From Planctomycetota bacterium (GTDB lineage Bacteria > Planctomycetota > Planctomycetia > Pirellulales > Lacipirellulaceae), in the NCBI GenBank assembly GCA_039190745.1, contig JBCCXZ010000015.1, positions 1-64,000 of the forward strand: 64,000 nt of DNA, read 5' to 3'. The notes under the pieces were generated by a model. The model searched no databases. It was given only the letters and a program-made list of their open reading frames with translations, and was not told the origin of the DNA. Below, in pieces: positions 52,414-62,471 of this stretch. Within the stretch, counting starts at the first letter, position 1. Each line of letters opens with the position of its first letter. The translations under genes and the position numbers were made by a program.

Positions 52414-54033
52414 ATGAGCCATACGCAACACAGCACTCACGCCGATGAGTTCCCGGGGCCGGGTGAAATCATCCGACTAGTCGTCAAGAAGCGTGCGCAG
52501 TGGATCGGCTGTGCGATCGCTTGTGGCGCCCTGGCCGTCGTCTACGCATTGTTTTCCGTTAAGTATTGGGAAGCCACGCAAGCCCTGCTGGTCCGACAAG
52601 AAGCGGTGAACTCCGCCAACCTGCCGGGCAAGTTCGCCGACTTGTACGAGATGCGGACATTGCAAGAGACGATTCTCGAGTTGGCCAAGAGCCGGCAAGT
52701 CGTCACCGAGTCCTTGGCCGCCGTCTCGGGAGGAGCCTCCGCCGCGCGGGCCACCGAGAAGGACATCGAGGTCTTCCGCCGCCGCCTTGCCATGCGGCCG
52801 CCCAACGGTGCAGAGTTCGGAAAAACTGAAGTGTTCTACGTCAGCGTTCGGGACCCCGATGCACAACGGGCCATCGCGTTAGTCACCGCACTTTGCGACC
52901 AGCTTGAAGCAAGGCTCAAGAAACTACGAAATCAGAAGGCCGACGGCCTGATCGCTGAGCTTGAGAAACAGGTTGAGCTCGCGGCCGAGTCCCACAGCGA
53001 GCAAACCGCCGCCTTGCGGAAACTAGAGACCCGCCTCGGCCCAGACCTTGGCGAGTTGCGGCTGCTCAACTCCGCCTCGAGCGGCCAGAGTGATCTCCGC
53101 CAGCAACTCGTGGCCGTGGGTTCCGAGGCCCGTGTTGTTACCTCGGAAGTTGAGGAATCCCGTCAGCTCTTGCGTGTTCTTCAGGCCGCTCAAACCGAGC
53201 CCGAACGGTTGACCGCGATGCCCAACAGCCTGCTATCGTCTCAGCCGGCTTTGCGACGCCTGAAGGACGGATTGGTGGATGCGCAGCTGCGTACCGCACG
53301 CCTGAACGGGAAGCGCACAGAAAACCACCCCAGCGTGCAGGCCGCCATCGACTCCGAGGCACGTGTCCGCCGCGACCTCTTCCGTGAGTTGGAGGTGGCA
53401 GTCGATGGCCTGCAGGTGCAGATCGGCGTCGGGGAAGCCCGGCTGGCGCAGCTCGAAGCGCGTCTGAGCGGCTACCGCGAGCGACTCGGCCGGCTGGCCG
53501 CTGACAGGGCCGAATACTCCAATAGGTTAGCCTCGGTCGACAACAGCCGAACCGTGCTCGACAACGCCAGACAGAAGCTCAGCGCTGCGATCGCAGCGAA
53601 AGCAGCCGCCCAGACGGCGAGCCTCGTGACAAGGATCGATTCCCCCGAAACCGGCTCGAACCCGATCGGTATCCGACGCGCCGCGGTCGTGGGTGTTGCG
53701 GTCGTGGGGGGCGCACTGCTGGGAATCGGCTGGATCGTGCTGATGGCTCCGGCCCCGGCACGACCGAAACCCGGCGTGCATCAAGGGGCGTCAGCCTCGA
53801 AGCATGCTGACGATGCTGAAGACTGGTGGAAGCAGCGCGAAACCGAGGAACCTCTCAGGTCGACGCACTTGGAAACCGTGGGGGCACGGCCTCAGTCAGT
53901 TGAAGAACATGCATCCTCGACAGGCGCTGAGGCGCAGCCTGCTGGGAATGGATCGGAAAGCGGACTGCGTCCTAGTGTGGTCTTCCCGGGCATGACATTG
54001 CGGCAGGCCAAGGCCGCAACGGCCGATAACTAG
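52414..54033 (+). CDS. Polysaccharide co-polymerase (Wzz/GumC-like), no cytoplasmic kinase domain
   Basis: N-terminal TM followed by WEATQALLV, long coiled coil, TENHPSV, RIDSPE before the second TM. No Walker A motif in the tail. Confidence 0.82.
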   Translation: MSHTQHSTHADEFPGPGEIIRLVVKKRAQWIGCAIACGALAVVYALFSVKYWEATQALLVRQEAVNSANLPGKFADLYEMRTLQETILELAKSRQVVTESLAAVSGGASAARATEKDIEVFRRRLAMRPPNGAEFGKTEVFYVSVRDPDAQRAIALVTALCDQLEARLKKLRNQKADGLIAELEKQVELAAESHSEQTAALRKLETRLGPDLGELRLLNSASSGQSDLRQQLVAVGSEARVVTSEVEESRQLLRVLQAAQTEPERLTAMPNSLLSSQPALRRLKDGLVDAQLRTARLNGKRTENHPSVQAAIDSEARVRRDLFRELEVAVDGLQVQIGVGEARLAQLEARLSGYRERLGRLAADRAEYSNRLASVDNSRTVLDNARQKLSAAIAAKAAAQTASLVTRIDSPETGSNPIGIRRAAVVGVAVVGGALLGIGWIVLMAPAPARPKPGVHQGASASKHADDAEDWWKQRETEEPLRSTHLETVGARPQSVEEHASSTGAEAQPAGNGSESGLRPSVVFPGMTLRQAKAATADN

Positions 54034-54060
54034 AGAACGACTCGGAGCAGAGCTGCCAAC

Positions 54061-56301
54061 ATGGTCCTGGCATCCGCCATCTTTGGACTCGCGGCCGCCT
54101 TGTGGGGTGTGGTGATCTCGCGTCGCCTCTCGGTGATCGTTGGTGCAGCCCTCTTCGTGGCCGTTGGGTATGTGCTGACCGGCGATCTATGGAGGTTCTC
54201 AGCCGGTCCGATCACCCTAACGCTCGGTCGCCTGGTACTCGCGGGTTTGAGCACGGTTTTCCTATTCAGACTTGGCCGCGGTGTCGCCCGTTTGCAGCGT
54301 GTGACGGCTGTGGACGTCTTCCTGCTCGCTTTCACGGGCTATCTTACTGCCCGTTGGGCACTTACGCCGGAAGCCGCTGCCGACGGCACCTCCGTGGGGC
54401 CGCTGTGGCGGTTGATCGCGAGTTTCCTCATGCCGGCAACGCTATACGGCATCGTCCGCACGGAACGCATCACGTTCGGTCATTGGCGCGGTGCATTGGC
54501 GGTTCTCACCGGCCTCGGCTGCTACCTCGGCATCACCGCGGTCGCCGAGATCTCCCAGCAATGGTGGGCCGTGTTCCCGAGATTTATCGCCGACCCTACT
54601 CTAGGAACGCACTTCGGTCGCGCACGCGGACCGTCGCTGAACTCCGCGAGCCTTGGGGTCTGTCTCACGGTTTGCATCTGGGCAGCCTGGGCTCTCTTGT
54701 TCTGGACCCACCGACGGTGGCGAGCCCCCCTGACCGCGGCAGGATTCCTGATGGTGGCCGGCGTGTTCTTCAGCTACACACGCTCGACCTGGCTAGGGCT
54801 GGCGTTGACCGGCGCTCTGGTGCCCGCAATCACACTCGGGCGGAAGTGGAAACCGTTCATCCTTGCCTCTGTGGCGGTGGGCGGTCTACTCGGCGTCCTA
54901 GTCCTTAAGGGTTCGGTGTTAGATGTTGGTCGTACCGACAGCGACGGCGACCCCAGGCACTCTGTCTATCAACGCGCATCCTTCGCGTACGTCTCTCTGA
55001 GGATGTTTGAAGACGCACCGCTCTTCGGCTGTGGTTTCGGACGGTTCTACGACAAGAAGATCGCTTACCTGGCAGATCGGAGCCAACAGTTGGAGCTTGA
55101 ATCGATTCGACTCTTGGACCACCACAACACGTTCCTGAGTATCCTGACCGAAACCGGGCTAGTCGGCCTCATCCTTTTCTTGGGTTTGCTCGCCGCGATC
55201 GCCAAAGTCTCGATCGAAGCAATCCGAGACACCCACTCTGCGAGTTGGGTCCGTTCCCAGGGCGCCTTCAGCCTGGCGGCGCTCCTCGCGTACATCGCCT
55301 CGGCGGCGTTTCACGACCTGACCCTGTCGCCTAGCGAACAATGGTTGCTGATGCTCGCGGCAGGAATGACGGTTTCTCTGCGGCGTCAGGCCTACGCGAC
55401 AACGGTCGCACCAGATCCCGAAGCCGTCCGAGGGAACGAGTCGTTTGCCGAGTCCTCAAACCCCACAAGCAGCAACCAATCCGCAACGATCTCAGAAGCG
55501 AAAGTCTCGATGTTCGGAATCAAAATCGACTCGGTCGATCTTGCCAGTGCTGTCGAACGTGTGACTCGTTGGTGCAGCGAGCCGCGTGCGGCGGCCTGCC
55601 GCTACGTCGTGACCCCGAACGTAGATCACGTTGTTCAGCTCAAGACGAACCATGAACTAGGCGCTGCATATCGGGCGGCCGCGATGGTTCTGGCCGACGG
55701 AGCGCCGATTGTTGCCGCCTCTCGTTTGCTTGGCAATCCTCTACCCGAAAGGGTGGCTGGCAGCGACCTGGCCCCCGCTCTCTTTGCAGAAGCGGGCCGC
55801 TCAGGGAATCTACAGGAACGCCCACTTACGGTGTTCTTGCTCGGCGCCGCTCCGGGTGTGGCCGACGAGGCAGCCAAACGGATCCACAAGAGATTTCAGG
55901 GCGTTCAGGTCGTCGGAACTTGCTCCCCGCCGCTTGGCTTTGAGCACGACCCTACACAGACCGACAAGATTTGCGAAATGGTGTCCTCAGCAAAGCCAGA
56001 CGTGCTGCTCGTTGGCCTGGGAGCTCCGAAGCAGGAGATCTGGACCGCGCAGAACCATGCTCGACTAGAGGCAAAGGTCGCACTCTGTATTGGCGCCACG
56101 ATCGACTTCCTTGCCGGCCACCGTTCGCGTGCGCCGCTATGGATGCAGCACGCAGGGTTGGAGTGGCTCTACCGCATCCTGAAGGAGCCTCGTCGTCTTG
56201 CCGGGCGCTACTTCAAGGATGCTAGGGTATTCCCTCGGCTGCTGCTGGCCGAGTGGCTGAATCGAGACGTTACAGCATCGCGGGTTGCGCCCACAGGGTA
56301 A
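54061..56301 (+). CDS. O-antigen ligase/Wzy-like domain fused to WecB/TagA/CpsF glycosyltransferase
   Basis: RARGPSLN, SYTRSTWLG, PLFGCGFG.F, HHNTFLSILTETGLVG; then VTPNVDH, LADGAPIV, ERVAGSDL, VGLGAPKQE, RAPLWMQ..GLEWLYR..EPRRL. Confidence 0.9.
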   Translation: MVLASAIFGLAAALWGVVISRRLSVIVGAALFVAVGYVLTGDLWRFSAGPITLTLGRLVLAGLSTVFLFRLGRGVARLQRVTAVDVFLLAFTGYLTARWALTPEAAADGTSVGPLWRLIASFLMPATLYGIVRTERITFGHWRGALAVLTGLGCYLGITAVAEISQQWWAVFPRFIADPTLGTHFGRARGPSLNSASLGVCLTVCIWAAWALLFWTHRRWRAPLTAAGFLMVAGVFFSYTRSTWLGLALTGALVPAITLGRKWKPFILASVAVGGLLGVLVLKGSVLDVGRTDSDGDPRHSVYQRASFAYVSLRMFEDAPLFGCGFGRFYDKKIAYLADRSQQLELESIRLLDHHNTFLSILTETGLVGLILFLGLLAAIAKVSIEAIRDTHSASWVRSQGAFSLAALLAYIASAAFHDLTLSPSEQWLLMLAAGMTVSLRRQAYATTVAPDPEAVRGNESFAESSNPTSSNQSATISEAKVSMFGIKIDSVDLASAVERVTRWCSEPRAAACRYVVTPNVDHVVQLKTNHELGAAYRAAAMVLADGAPIVAASRLLGNPLPERVAGSDLAPALFAEAGRSGNLQERPLTVFLLGAAPGVADEAAKRIHKRFQGVQVVGTCSPPLGFEHDPTQTDKICEMVSSAKPDVLLVGLGAPKQEIWTAQNHARLEAKVALCIGATIDFLAGHRSRAPLWMQHAGLEWLYRILKEPRRLAGRYFKDARVFPRLLLAEWLNRDVTASRVAPTG

Positions 56302-56318
56302 GCCGATACAATCCCGGC

Positions 56319-57497
56319 ATGCACTCTCGTTCCGCTATCTGCGTCGTGGTGGACGGGCTCCGCGCAAGCGCGCTGGGCGCCTACGGCAACACGATGTACC
56401 CGACGCCAACGCTCGATGCTCTCGCGGCGACCTCAACAGTTGTCGAACGTGTCATCTGCACAGAGCCAACGGTCGACTCTTTCTACAGGCATGTCTGGCT
56501 CAAAGCCGAATCTTGCTTGTCCACGACTGGTGGAAACAACGGTTTTCTTCATAGGCTCGGCCAAGAGAGAGTGGAATCAACCGTCTTTACAGATGACCCC
56601 GCTGTCGCTGCCCTTGCAGAGGAAAGCGGTGCTTCACGGGTTGTATTGATCCAAGGAGTTTCTCGAGGCCCCGCGGCGTCGGTCGATGCAACCGACCTAG
56701 CTCGCTTGCTGATCAACGCGGCTGAGTTTGTCTCATCTTGGCGTGAAACAAGCACAACAACAGAGCAGCAAGAGCGAATGCTCTGGGTACATTGCAAGGG
56801 ACTGGCATCAACTTGGGATGCCCCCTTGGACCTTCGCAGAGAACTCTTAGACGACGATGAAATCCAGCCCTTTGCTGGCGCAGCCCCGCCTTTCGGTCTC
56901 TCACCAGAGGATGACCCTGACGTACTTCTTTCCTACCGGGCAGCTTACGCCGCGCAAGTAGCGGTGCTTGACGTATGTATTGCGGCACTGCTTACCGCGT
57001 CTCAATCACTCAGCAAGCGGAAGAGCCCGCTCTTCGCGATGACCTCGTGTCGAGGGCTTGCCCTTGGCGAGCATCAGTCCAGCTCCGCACCGGTCCACAA
57101 TGAGTGCCTGCACGTGCCCAGCATCATTGGCTTTAGCGAAGCCCAACGCCCCGGCTTACGGGTCGCCGGCCTGCAGACGCCAGATGTCGTCACAGAGGCG
57201 ATCGAAGCGTGGTTCGGCCATGAGCCCACTAGCACCACTAGCATCGGGGCAGGGGGGCTACCCAATCTTGTTTCCGTTGTTGAACCCTGGTACGCGGTCC
57301 GCACAAACGACTGGACACTCATCGATTTACTAGGCAATGAGCAGTCGGAGCCTGCAGACACGACCAACCCGCGATTGTATGCGTCACCAGACGACCGTTG
57401 GGAACTCAACAACGTGGCGGAGCGTTGTCCGGACATTGTGGCAGAACTCCAACAACTAGCGGCTGCTAGCACTCCTCGGCGCAAGAATCCCCGCTAG
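56319..57497 (+). CDS. Sulfatase-like / alkaline phosphatase superfamily protein, degenerate active site
   Basis: CVVVDGLRASALGAYG, TPTLDALA, YAAQVAVLD, GLALGEH, LHVP, LY...DDRWELNNVA. No C/S-x-P-x-R. TACAAT lies 6 nt before the ATG (possibly leaderless). Confidence 0.78.
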   Translation: MHSRSAICVVVDGLRASALGAYGNTMYPTPTLDALAATSTVVERVICTEPTVDSFYRHVWLKAESCLSTTGGNNGFLHRLGQERVESTVFTDDPAVAALAEESGASRVVLIQGVSRGPAASVDATDLARLLINAAEFVSSWRETSTTTEQQERMLWVHCKGLASTWDAPLDLRRELLDDDEIQPFAGAAPPFGLSPEDDPDVLLSYRAAYAAQVAVLDVCIAALLTASQSLSKRKSPLFAMTSCRGLALGEHQSSSAPVHNECLHVPSIIGFSEAQRPGLRVAGLQTPDVVTEAIEAWFGHEPTSTTSIGAGGLPNLVSVVEPWYAVRTNDWTLIDLLGNEQSEPADTTNPRLYASPDDRWELNNVAERCPDIVAELQQLAAASTPRRKNPR

Positions 57498-57517
57498 CCA
57501 GCGTTGCATCAGCCACA

Positions 57518-60500
57518 ATGTGTGCTGGCGTCACCCGGGGCATCCCCCTACACTCCCGCCGGGAAAACCGCTGCCAGCGCCAGCCCAGGAAGGGCCGGTC
57601 AGGTCTTCGCTTTCGATCCGTCCGAAGGCGAGCTGCGACGAACGGACAAGGAAGTCCGACATTGAGCGGCATTCAGCACACGACGCCACTCGCCCTCTGG
57701 GTTGGATCACGGCTCGCTTTACGGATACAGATTGCGCTAATCATCGTTGCAATCGGTCCGGCGTCGGCCTTTGCTGCGAGGCATCACATTCGCGTAGCCT
57801 GGGGCACGACAGATTCAAATCAGCGTCAGTACACCGGATCGATATCGGTCGACCAAGGCAGCATCACCCGACTGCAACGCCTGGGAACGTCTCCCGATAG
57901 CCCAGCCGCTCTGCAATTGATCGACGGGCGGGTTGTCATCGCCCCACGGCTGCCACGGTCTTTCGATGGTTGCGACCTCGTCGTGGATACCGAAGGAGAT
58001 GCGGCGCTAGAACTCCGCTTCCGATCGCCCGATGCTGAGGCAGAGAAGACCTTTACCGTGCTTTTTTCAGACCTTCGTGGGAGTCCGTTTACTGGGGCGC
58101 TGGACTCACAGGGGGGCCACTTGATCGTCCAGCGTGCCCCGGGGGCCGACCTCCCTGTTGAGTTTGACCGACCCAACCTCGTCTTCCAGCCGAAAGAGCC
58201 GTTCTCCTTCACAATCAGCCCGGACGTGCCGGGCGTTGAACCCGATGAACCGATCAATATTCAAGTCCGCTTGGCCGCCAGCGGCGGAGGCGATGAACTT
58301 TGGACGAAGGCGGTTTCCGTCAGCATGAGTGAGAATGGTCGAAGGGCTCCGCAGCCTATCGAGCTTGAAGCTCCGGCTGACGAAGGGGCATACACCATCT
58401 CGGTGTCGGTCTCGCGAGCACTCGGTTTTTCACAGAAACTACTGCCGCTCCGGCGAACCGTCATCTCGAGCCGCGACATCGAGTTTGTTGTGGTTGACCC
58501 GACCACGCCATCGCCCGCGCTGACGGAGGACTGGGAAGAAATCTTCACGGTCGACCCGACGAACTCCCGCTGGTGGTCGCGCTTGCCAGAGTGGACGCGG
58601 ACGCATCGACTCCCCGGAATCCGATCGGGAGTGCTCGAGAACGTACGTCCCGTGATTCGCGACCACCCAGCCGGTCCGATGGTCGAACTGCCGCCGGCCG
58701 CCCAAGGTGAGCCCGCCTGGCGGGCGTTCCACTTGCCCGTGAAGCAACCTGGAGAGCCGCACCGGCTTGTCATCAATACCCCCTCCGAACGAGCGCAGTG
58801 CTTGGCGGTTAGCATTATCGAACGCGACGCCGCCAACCGGTCGATGAGGCTGGGGCGCGACCTGCTGCTCGTCCAAGAAGACCCAAGAGGCAATGCGGGA
58901 GAGGAAACAGAGACCATTATCTTCTGGCCCCGCACCGAGGCGCCGGTCCTCTTGATCGCCAATCCCCACCCCGACGAGCCGGCCCAATTCGGAACCATCC
59001 GTCTCGAGTTGCAAACTCCCCAGCCCGAGGCCCCGATCGCGAGCCCCCCTGTCTCCGTCAACCAACGGCTGCTCGCCTACTACACGGCAAGCCCTGCCGT
59101 GTTCGACGCGCTAGGAGGCCCCGAGTTTGTGGACGCCGCGAGCAGTCTTTCACTAGACGGTTGGGGCTCCTTCCTGACAGCGGCGTCCCGTGCAGCCCAG
59201 TCGCTCAAGCACGGTGGGTACAACACCTGGATCGCGGTCGTCGCGTCCGACGGCGGGAGCCTCTACCCGAGTGAACTCTTGGGGCCTTCGCCGGCCTTCG
59301 ACTCGGGCTTGCTGGCATCGAGCGGCCGGGACCCGATTCAGAAGGATGTCCTCGAACTGCTATTCCGGGTCTGCGACCGGGAAGGCATCCGCCTGATCCC
59401 GATGCTCGATCTTACGACGCCTTGGGCGGAGTTAGAACTCGTCGCATCTAACGACCAAGCAGTGGACGGTCCTCAGTCGGAGCTTGTACCACAGGAACCC
59501 GCAGCCGCCGAGCGCGCCGAGGGGCACGGCTCGCTCGTCCGTGAACTCGTACAACGCTACAGCGGCCACCCCTCCCTGGGTGGGGTCGGCGTCAGATTGT
59601 CTAAACCCGGCAGCCCTGGGCTGGCCTTCGCCAATTCAGCCCCGAGCGTGAAGGTCGTTCGAGACATCGCAGCAGACATCCTCCAGCAACGAAGCGACCT
59701 TAAGCTCTTTATCGATACTTCAAGCTTCATCGATTTCCAACAGGCCACGCCGCTCATCCGCGATGCTGTCATCGGGCAGTCGGACTCGGAGTCCACATTG
59801 CTCGAGCAAGGGATACTTCCAGATGCCTGGAGTTCGATACCCAACGCAGTCGTCCTCCAGCCGCAGTTCATTGCGCCATCAGACCTATCAGGTTACGGAG
59901 CAGTCCGCAGCCGCTGGTCTAAGTTCATCTCAGATCAATGGGCGTCTTCTGGGCAATCTGGTGCGTGGACTCTCTTCGGGTCAACTCCGCTTGCGTTACC
60001 TTCATTTGGATCCGAAGGGCCTTTTCGAGACGTACCTTCCAGCTACCGCGTGCGGTTGCAAGCGCGCCCCGCTGGTGCTGACGGGAGAAGGCACATCACC
60101 CAGGCCGTAGCCAGGGGCGATTTCGATGCAATCGTCGAAGGCGGGGAGACAGGGCTGTTTGCTGTCCGTGCTGGCTCGAAACACGATCTGACGCTTCTCG
60201 CTCAGTTGCCTCCGGCAAACGCAGAGGTCCGTGTGGAGCGGGCCCAGCCGCTCACTGTTCGGGTCTTCCGACATCAAAGCACAACCACGGCCTGCGTGGT
60301 CAACGATTCTCCCTGGCCTTGCAACGCAAATCTGCCCTTGGAGGCTGCGGAGCCCATCGCCTGGCAGAGCCTTCACGATCCCGGAGCAGCGACCGGGAGC
60401 GACACCGGTCAACAGCCGCACAGCGGCCGCACGCCCCGCGGAGCTTCCTCGTGGTCGCTGGTACTGCCGCCCTACAGCGTCCGCGCCTGGAAGTTCTCCT

Positions 60501-61351
60501 CGCCGAGAGTGCGGATCGGCGTACCTGAAGTGACGCCTTCACAAGACGAGTTGACAGACCTCAAGAAGCAGATCGCTGACCTGGAAGCGCGGACTCGCAA
60601 CCTGGACTACCGGCCGCTCGCCAAGAACATCCCAAATAGCGGCTTTGAACTCTCAGGCGACAGGAACCAACCCAACGATTGGCGACCGACCGTAGGCCTG
60701 CGAGGTCAAGCAGTTGTCGACAGACGCAGGCAACGCTCCGGGGCCGCGTCACTCTACCTCCGGAGTTACAACGACCTGGGCGCCGCGGTCGTGAGCAGCG
60801 AAATCCCCGCGCCGGCTACTGGGCAACTTGTCGTCAGCGCCTATGTGCAAACGCCCCACTCACTAGGGGATAACGCAGAACTTCTCGTCTCCGCAGCCTC
60901 AGACCACGTTGGGCACGAGTTCTTCGCGGAAAGCACCCTCGCAACGTTCCAGCAGCCACTAACCGATTGGCAACGGGTGGAGGCTGAGATCGAAGCCGTC
61001 CCGTTGCCCCGCGATGCGAAGCTCCGGCTCCAAATTCTTCTCAAAGGCAGTGGTGAGGTCTGGATCGACGACGTGGAGATCTCCAGTCTCTCGATTAATA
61101 GCGCCAGGCGTGTGGAATTGGTCAAACGGCTTTATGCGGCCAAGGCGGCTTTGGCCGAGGGCAACGTTACGGACTGTCGACGTCTCTTGGACGACTACTG
61201 GTCACGCCGCGTTGTGCGCCACATCCCGCCGTGGTCGGGAGAACAAACCCGCGTGGCCGCTCGCGACGCGACCACCGAGCCGCCGCCAAAGGATAGCGAA
61301 AAACCGCTAGGGGATCGCCTCCGTGGATTCGTGCCGAGGATTCTCCGCTAA
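57518..61351 (+). CDS. Large secreted hypothetical protein with GH-like central region and CBM-like C-terminal domain
   Basis: 1277-aa ORF. Signal-like ALIIVAIGPASAFA suggests a start downstream of 57518 (e.g. TTG 57662). DGGSLYPS...DVLELL..CDREGIRLIP, IPNSGFE, GEVWIDDVE. Confidence 0.75.
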   Translation: MCAGVTRGIPLHSRRENRCQRQPRKGRSGLRFRSVRRRAATNGQGSPTLSGIQHTTPLALWVGSRLALRIQIALIIVAIGPASAFAARHHIRVAWGTTDSNQRQYTGSISVDQGSITRLQRLGTSPDSPAALQLIDGRVVIAPRLPRSFDGCDLVVDTEGDAALELRFRSPDAEAEKTFTVLFSDLRGSPFTGALDSQGGHLIVQRAPGADLPVEFDRPNLVFQPKEPFSFTISPDVPGVEPDEPINIQVRLAASGGGDELWTKAVSVSMSENGRRAPQPIELEAPADEGAYTISVSVSRALGFSQKLLPLRRTVISSRDIEFVVVDPTTPSPALTEDWEEIFTVDPTNSRWWSRLPEWTRTHRLPGIRSGVLENVRPVIRDHPAGPMVELPPAAQGEPAWRAFHLPVKQPGEPHRLVINTPSERAQCLAVSIIERDAANRSMRLGRDLLLVQEDPRGNAGEETETIIFWPRTEAPVLLIANPHPDEPAQFGTIRLELQTPQPEAPIASPPVSVNQRLLAYYTASPAVFDALGGPEFVDAASSLSLDGWGSFLTAASRAAQSLKHGGYNTWIAVVASDGGSLYPSELLGPSPAFDSGLLASSGRDPIQKDVLELLFRVCDREGIRLIPMLDLTTPWAELELVASNDQAVDGPQSELVPQEPAAAERAEGHGSLVRELVQRYSGHPSLGGVGVRLSKPGSPGLAFANSAPSVKVVRDIAADILQQRSDLKLFIDTSSFIDFQQATPLIRDAVIGQSDSESTLLEQGILPDAWSSIPNAVVLQPQFIAPSDLSGYGAVRSRWSKFISDQWASSGQSGAWTLFGSTPLALPSFGSEGPFRDVPSSYRVRLQARPAGADGRRHITQAVARGDFDAIVEGGETGLFAVRAGSKHDLTLLAQLPPANAEVRVERAQPLTVRVFRHQSTTTACVVNDSPWPCNANLPLEAAEPIAWQSLHDPGAATGSDTGQQPHSGRTPRGASSWSLVLPPYSVRAWKFSSPRVRIGVPEVTPSQDELTDLKKQIADLEARTRNLDYRPLAKNIPNSGFELSGDRNQPNDWRPTVGLRGQAVVDRRRQRSGAASLYLRSYNDLGAAVVSSEIPAPATGQLVVSAYVQTPHSLGDNAELLVSAASDHVGHEFFAESTLATFQQPLTDWQRVEAEIEAVPLPRDAKLRLQILLKGSGEVWIDDVEISSLSINSARRVELVKRLYAAKAALAEGNVTDCRRLLDDYWSRRVVRHIPPWSGEQTRVAARDATTEPPPKDSEKPLGDRLRGFVPRILR

Positions 61352-62457
61352 GAAGCCCCAGCGATCACTCCATGGCTTGCGTCTGATCGGATAGGAGCCG
61401 GCTCATCTGCCCGCAATCGGACCCCGGGCCCTTCAGTTGCGTACCACTCGTCCAGCACGCTCCGCCACGCGCCCCCAGCTTTGACTTCGCAGAATGCCTT
61501 ACGGACCTCGAGGTGCTGCGGGTGCAACCGAGAGTACTTGATACCAAACTTCCGCATGGTCGGGACGCAACGATCGGGGCCGTACAGCTGCTCAGCCAAG
61601 GCGTAGTGCTCGTGGATGACTTCCCGTTGCTCCGAGATCGTCGGGGGATCGGGCAGCGGCTCACCTGCCGCCAGCGCCCGGGCTTCTCTGAAGACCCAAG
61701 GATTCCCAATCGCGCCGCGTGCGACGGTCACCCCGTCGACGCCGGTGTAGCGGATCATGTCAATGCAGGCTTCCGCGTCGAACAGGTCTCCAGAACCCAG
61801 AACGACGCGCTCCCCGGCACGGCGCTTTAGATCACGAAGGAAGTCCCAGCGGGACGGACCATCGTACCGCTGAGTGACGGTGCGGCCGTGGACGGTGATC
61901 GCAGCAGCCCCCAACCCGTAGGCGCCCTCGAAGATCTCTAAGAACTTCTCGCGGCTTTCCTCCGAGTCGTCGATGCCGCGTCGCATCTTGACAGTCACTG
62001 GAACCGGCTCAGGGACCGCCTCCCGAACGCGCTGGATAATCTCCAGAGCGACTCCGGGCTGGCTTAGGTGGAAACCCCCTCGGCAGCGGCCTAGGACTTT
62101 TTTGACCGGGCAGCCGAAGTTGATGTCGATCACGTCGAAGCCGTGTTCAACCAGCCGCTTCGCCGCCGGGCCGAAGTGCTCGGGGTCGGCTCCCATCAGC
62201 TGCCCGCCCACAGGGTGCTCTTCCTGGTCGACGTGCATGATGTGTTGGGTCCGTCGCCGCTTCTTCACCTGGACGACGAACGTGTCAATCATCACCTCGC
62301 AGATTGTGTACGGCGCCCCGAGGCGACGGGCGATCAAGCGCATCGATGCGTCGCTGTAGCCGCTCAGGGCGGCCTGGACGACAGGGAAGTCGAGTTCAAC
62401 CTCGCCGATGTGCAAGGGCTTCAACGGGATTGGTTTGCTGGACGCCGCGATGTTCAT
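61348..62457 (-). CDS. tRNA-dihydrouridine synthase (DusB-like)
   Basis: QAALSGYSD, GQLMG, IDINFGCP.KKV, VTVKMRRG, TVHGRT, VARGAIGNPW. Confidence 0.92.
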   Translation of the reverse strand: MNIAASSKPIPLKPLHIGEVELDFPVVQAALSGYSDASMRLIARRLGAPYTICEVMIDTFVVQVKKRRRTQHIMHVDQEEHPVGGQLMGADPEHFGPAAKRLVEHGFDVIDINFGCPVKKVLGRCRGGFHLSQPGVALEIIQRVREAVPEPVPVTVKMRRGIDDSEESREKFLEIFEGAYGLGAAAITVHGRTVTQRYDGPSRWDFLRDLKRRAGERVVLGSGDLFDAEACIDMIRYTGVDGVTVARGAIGNPWVFREARALAAGEPLPDPPTISEQREVIHEHYALAEQLYGPDRCVPTMRKFGIKYSRLHPQHLEVRKAFCEVKAGGAWRSVLDEWYATEGPGVRLRADEPAPIRSDASHGVIAGAS

Positions 62458-62471
62458 ACTTAAATTGTTTT

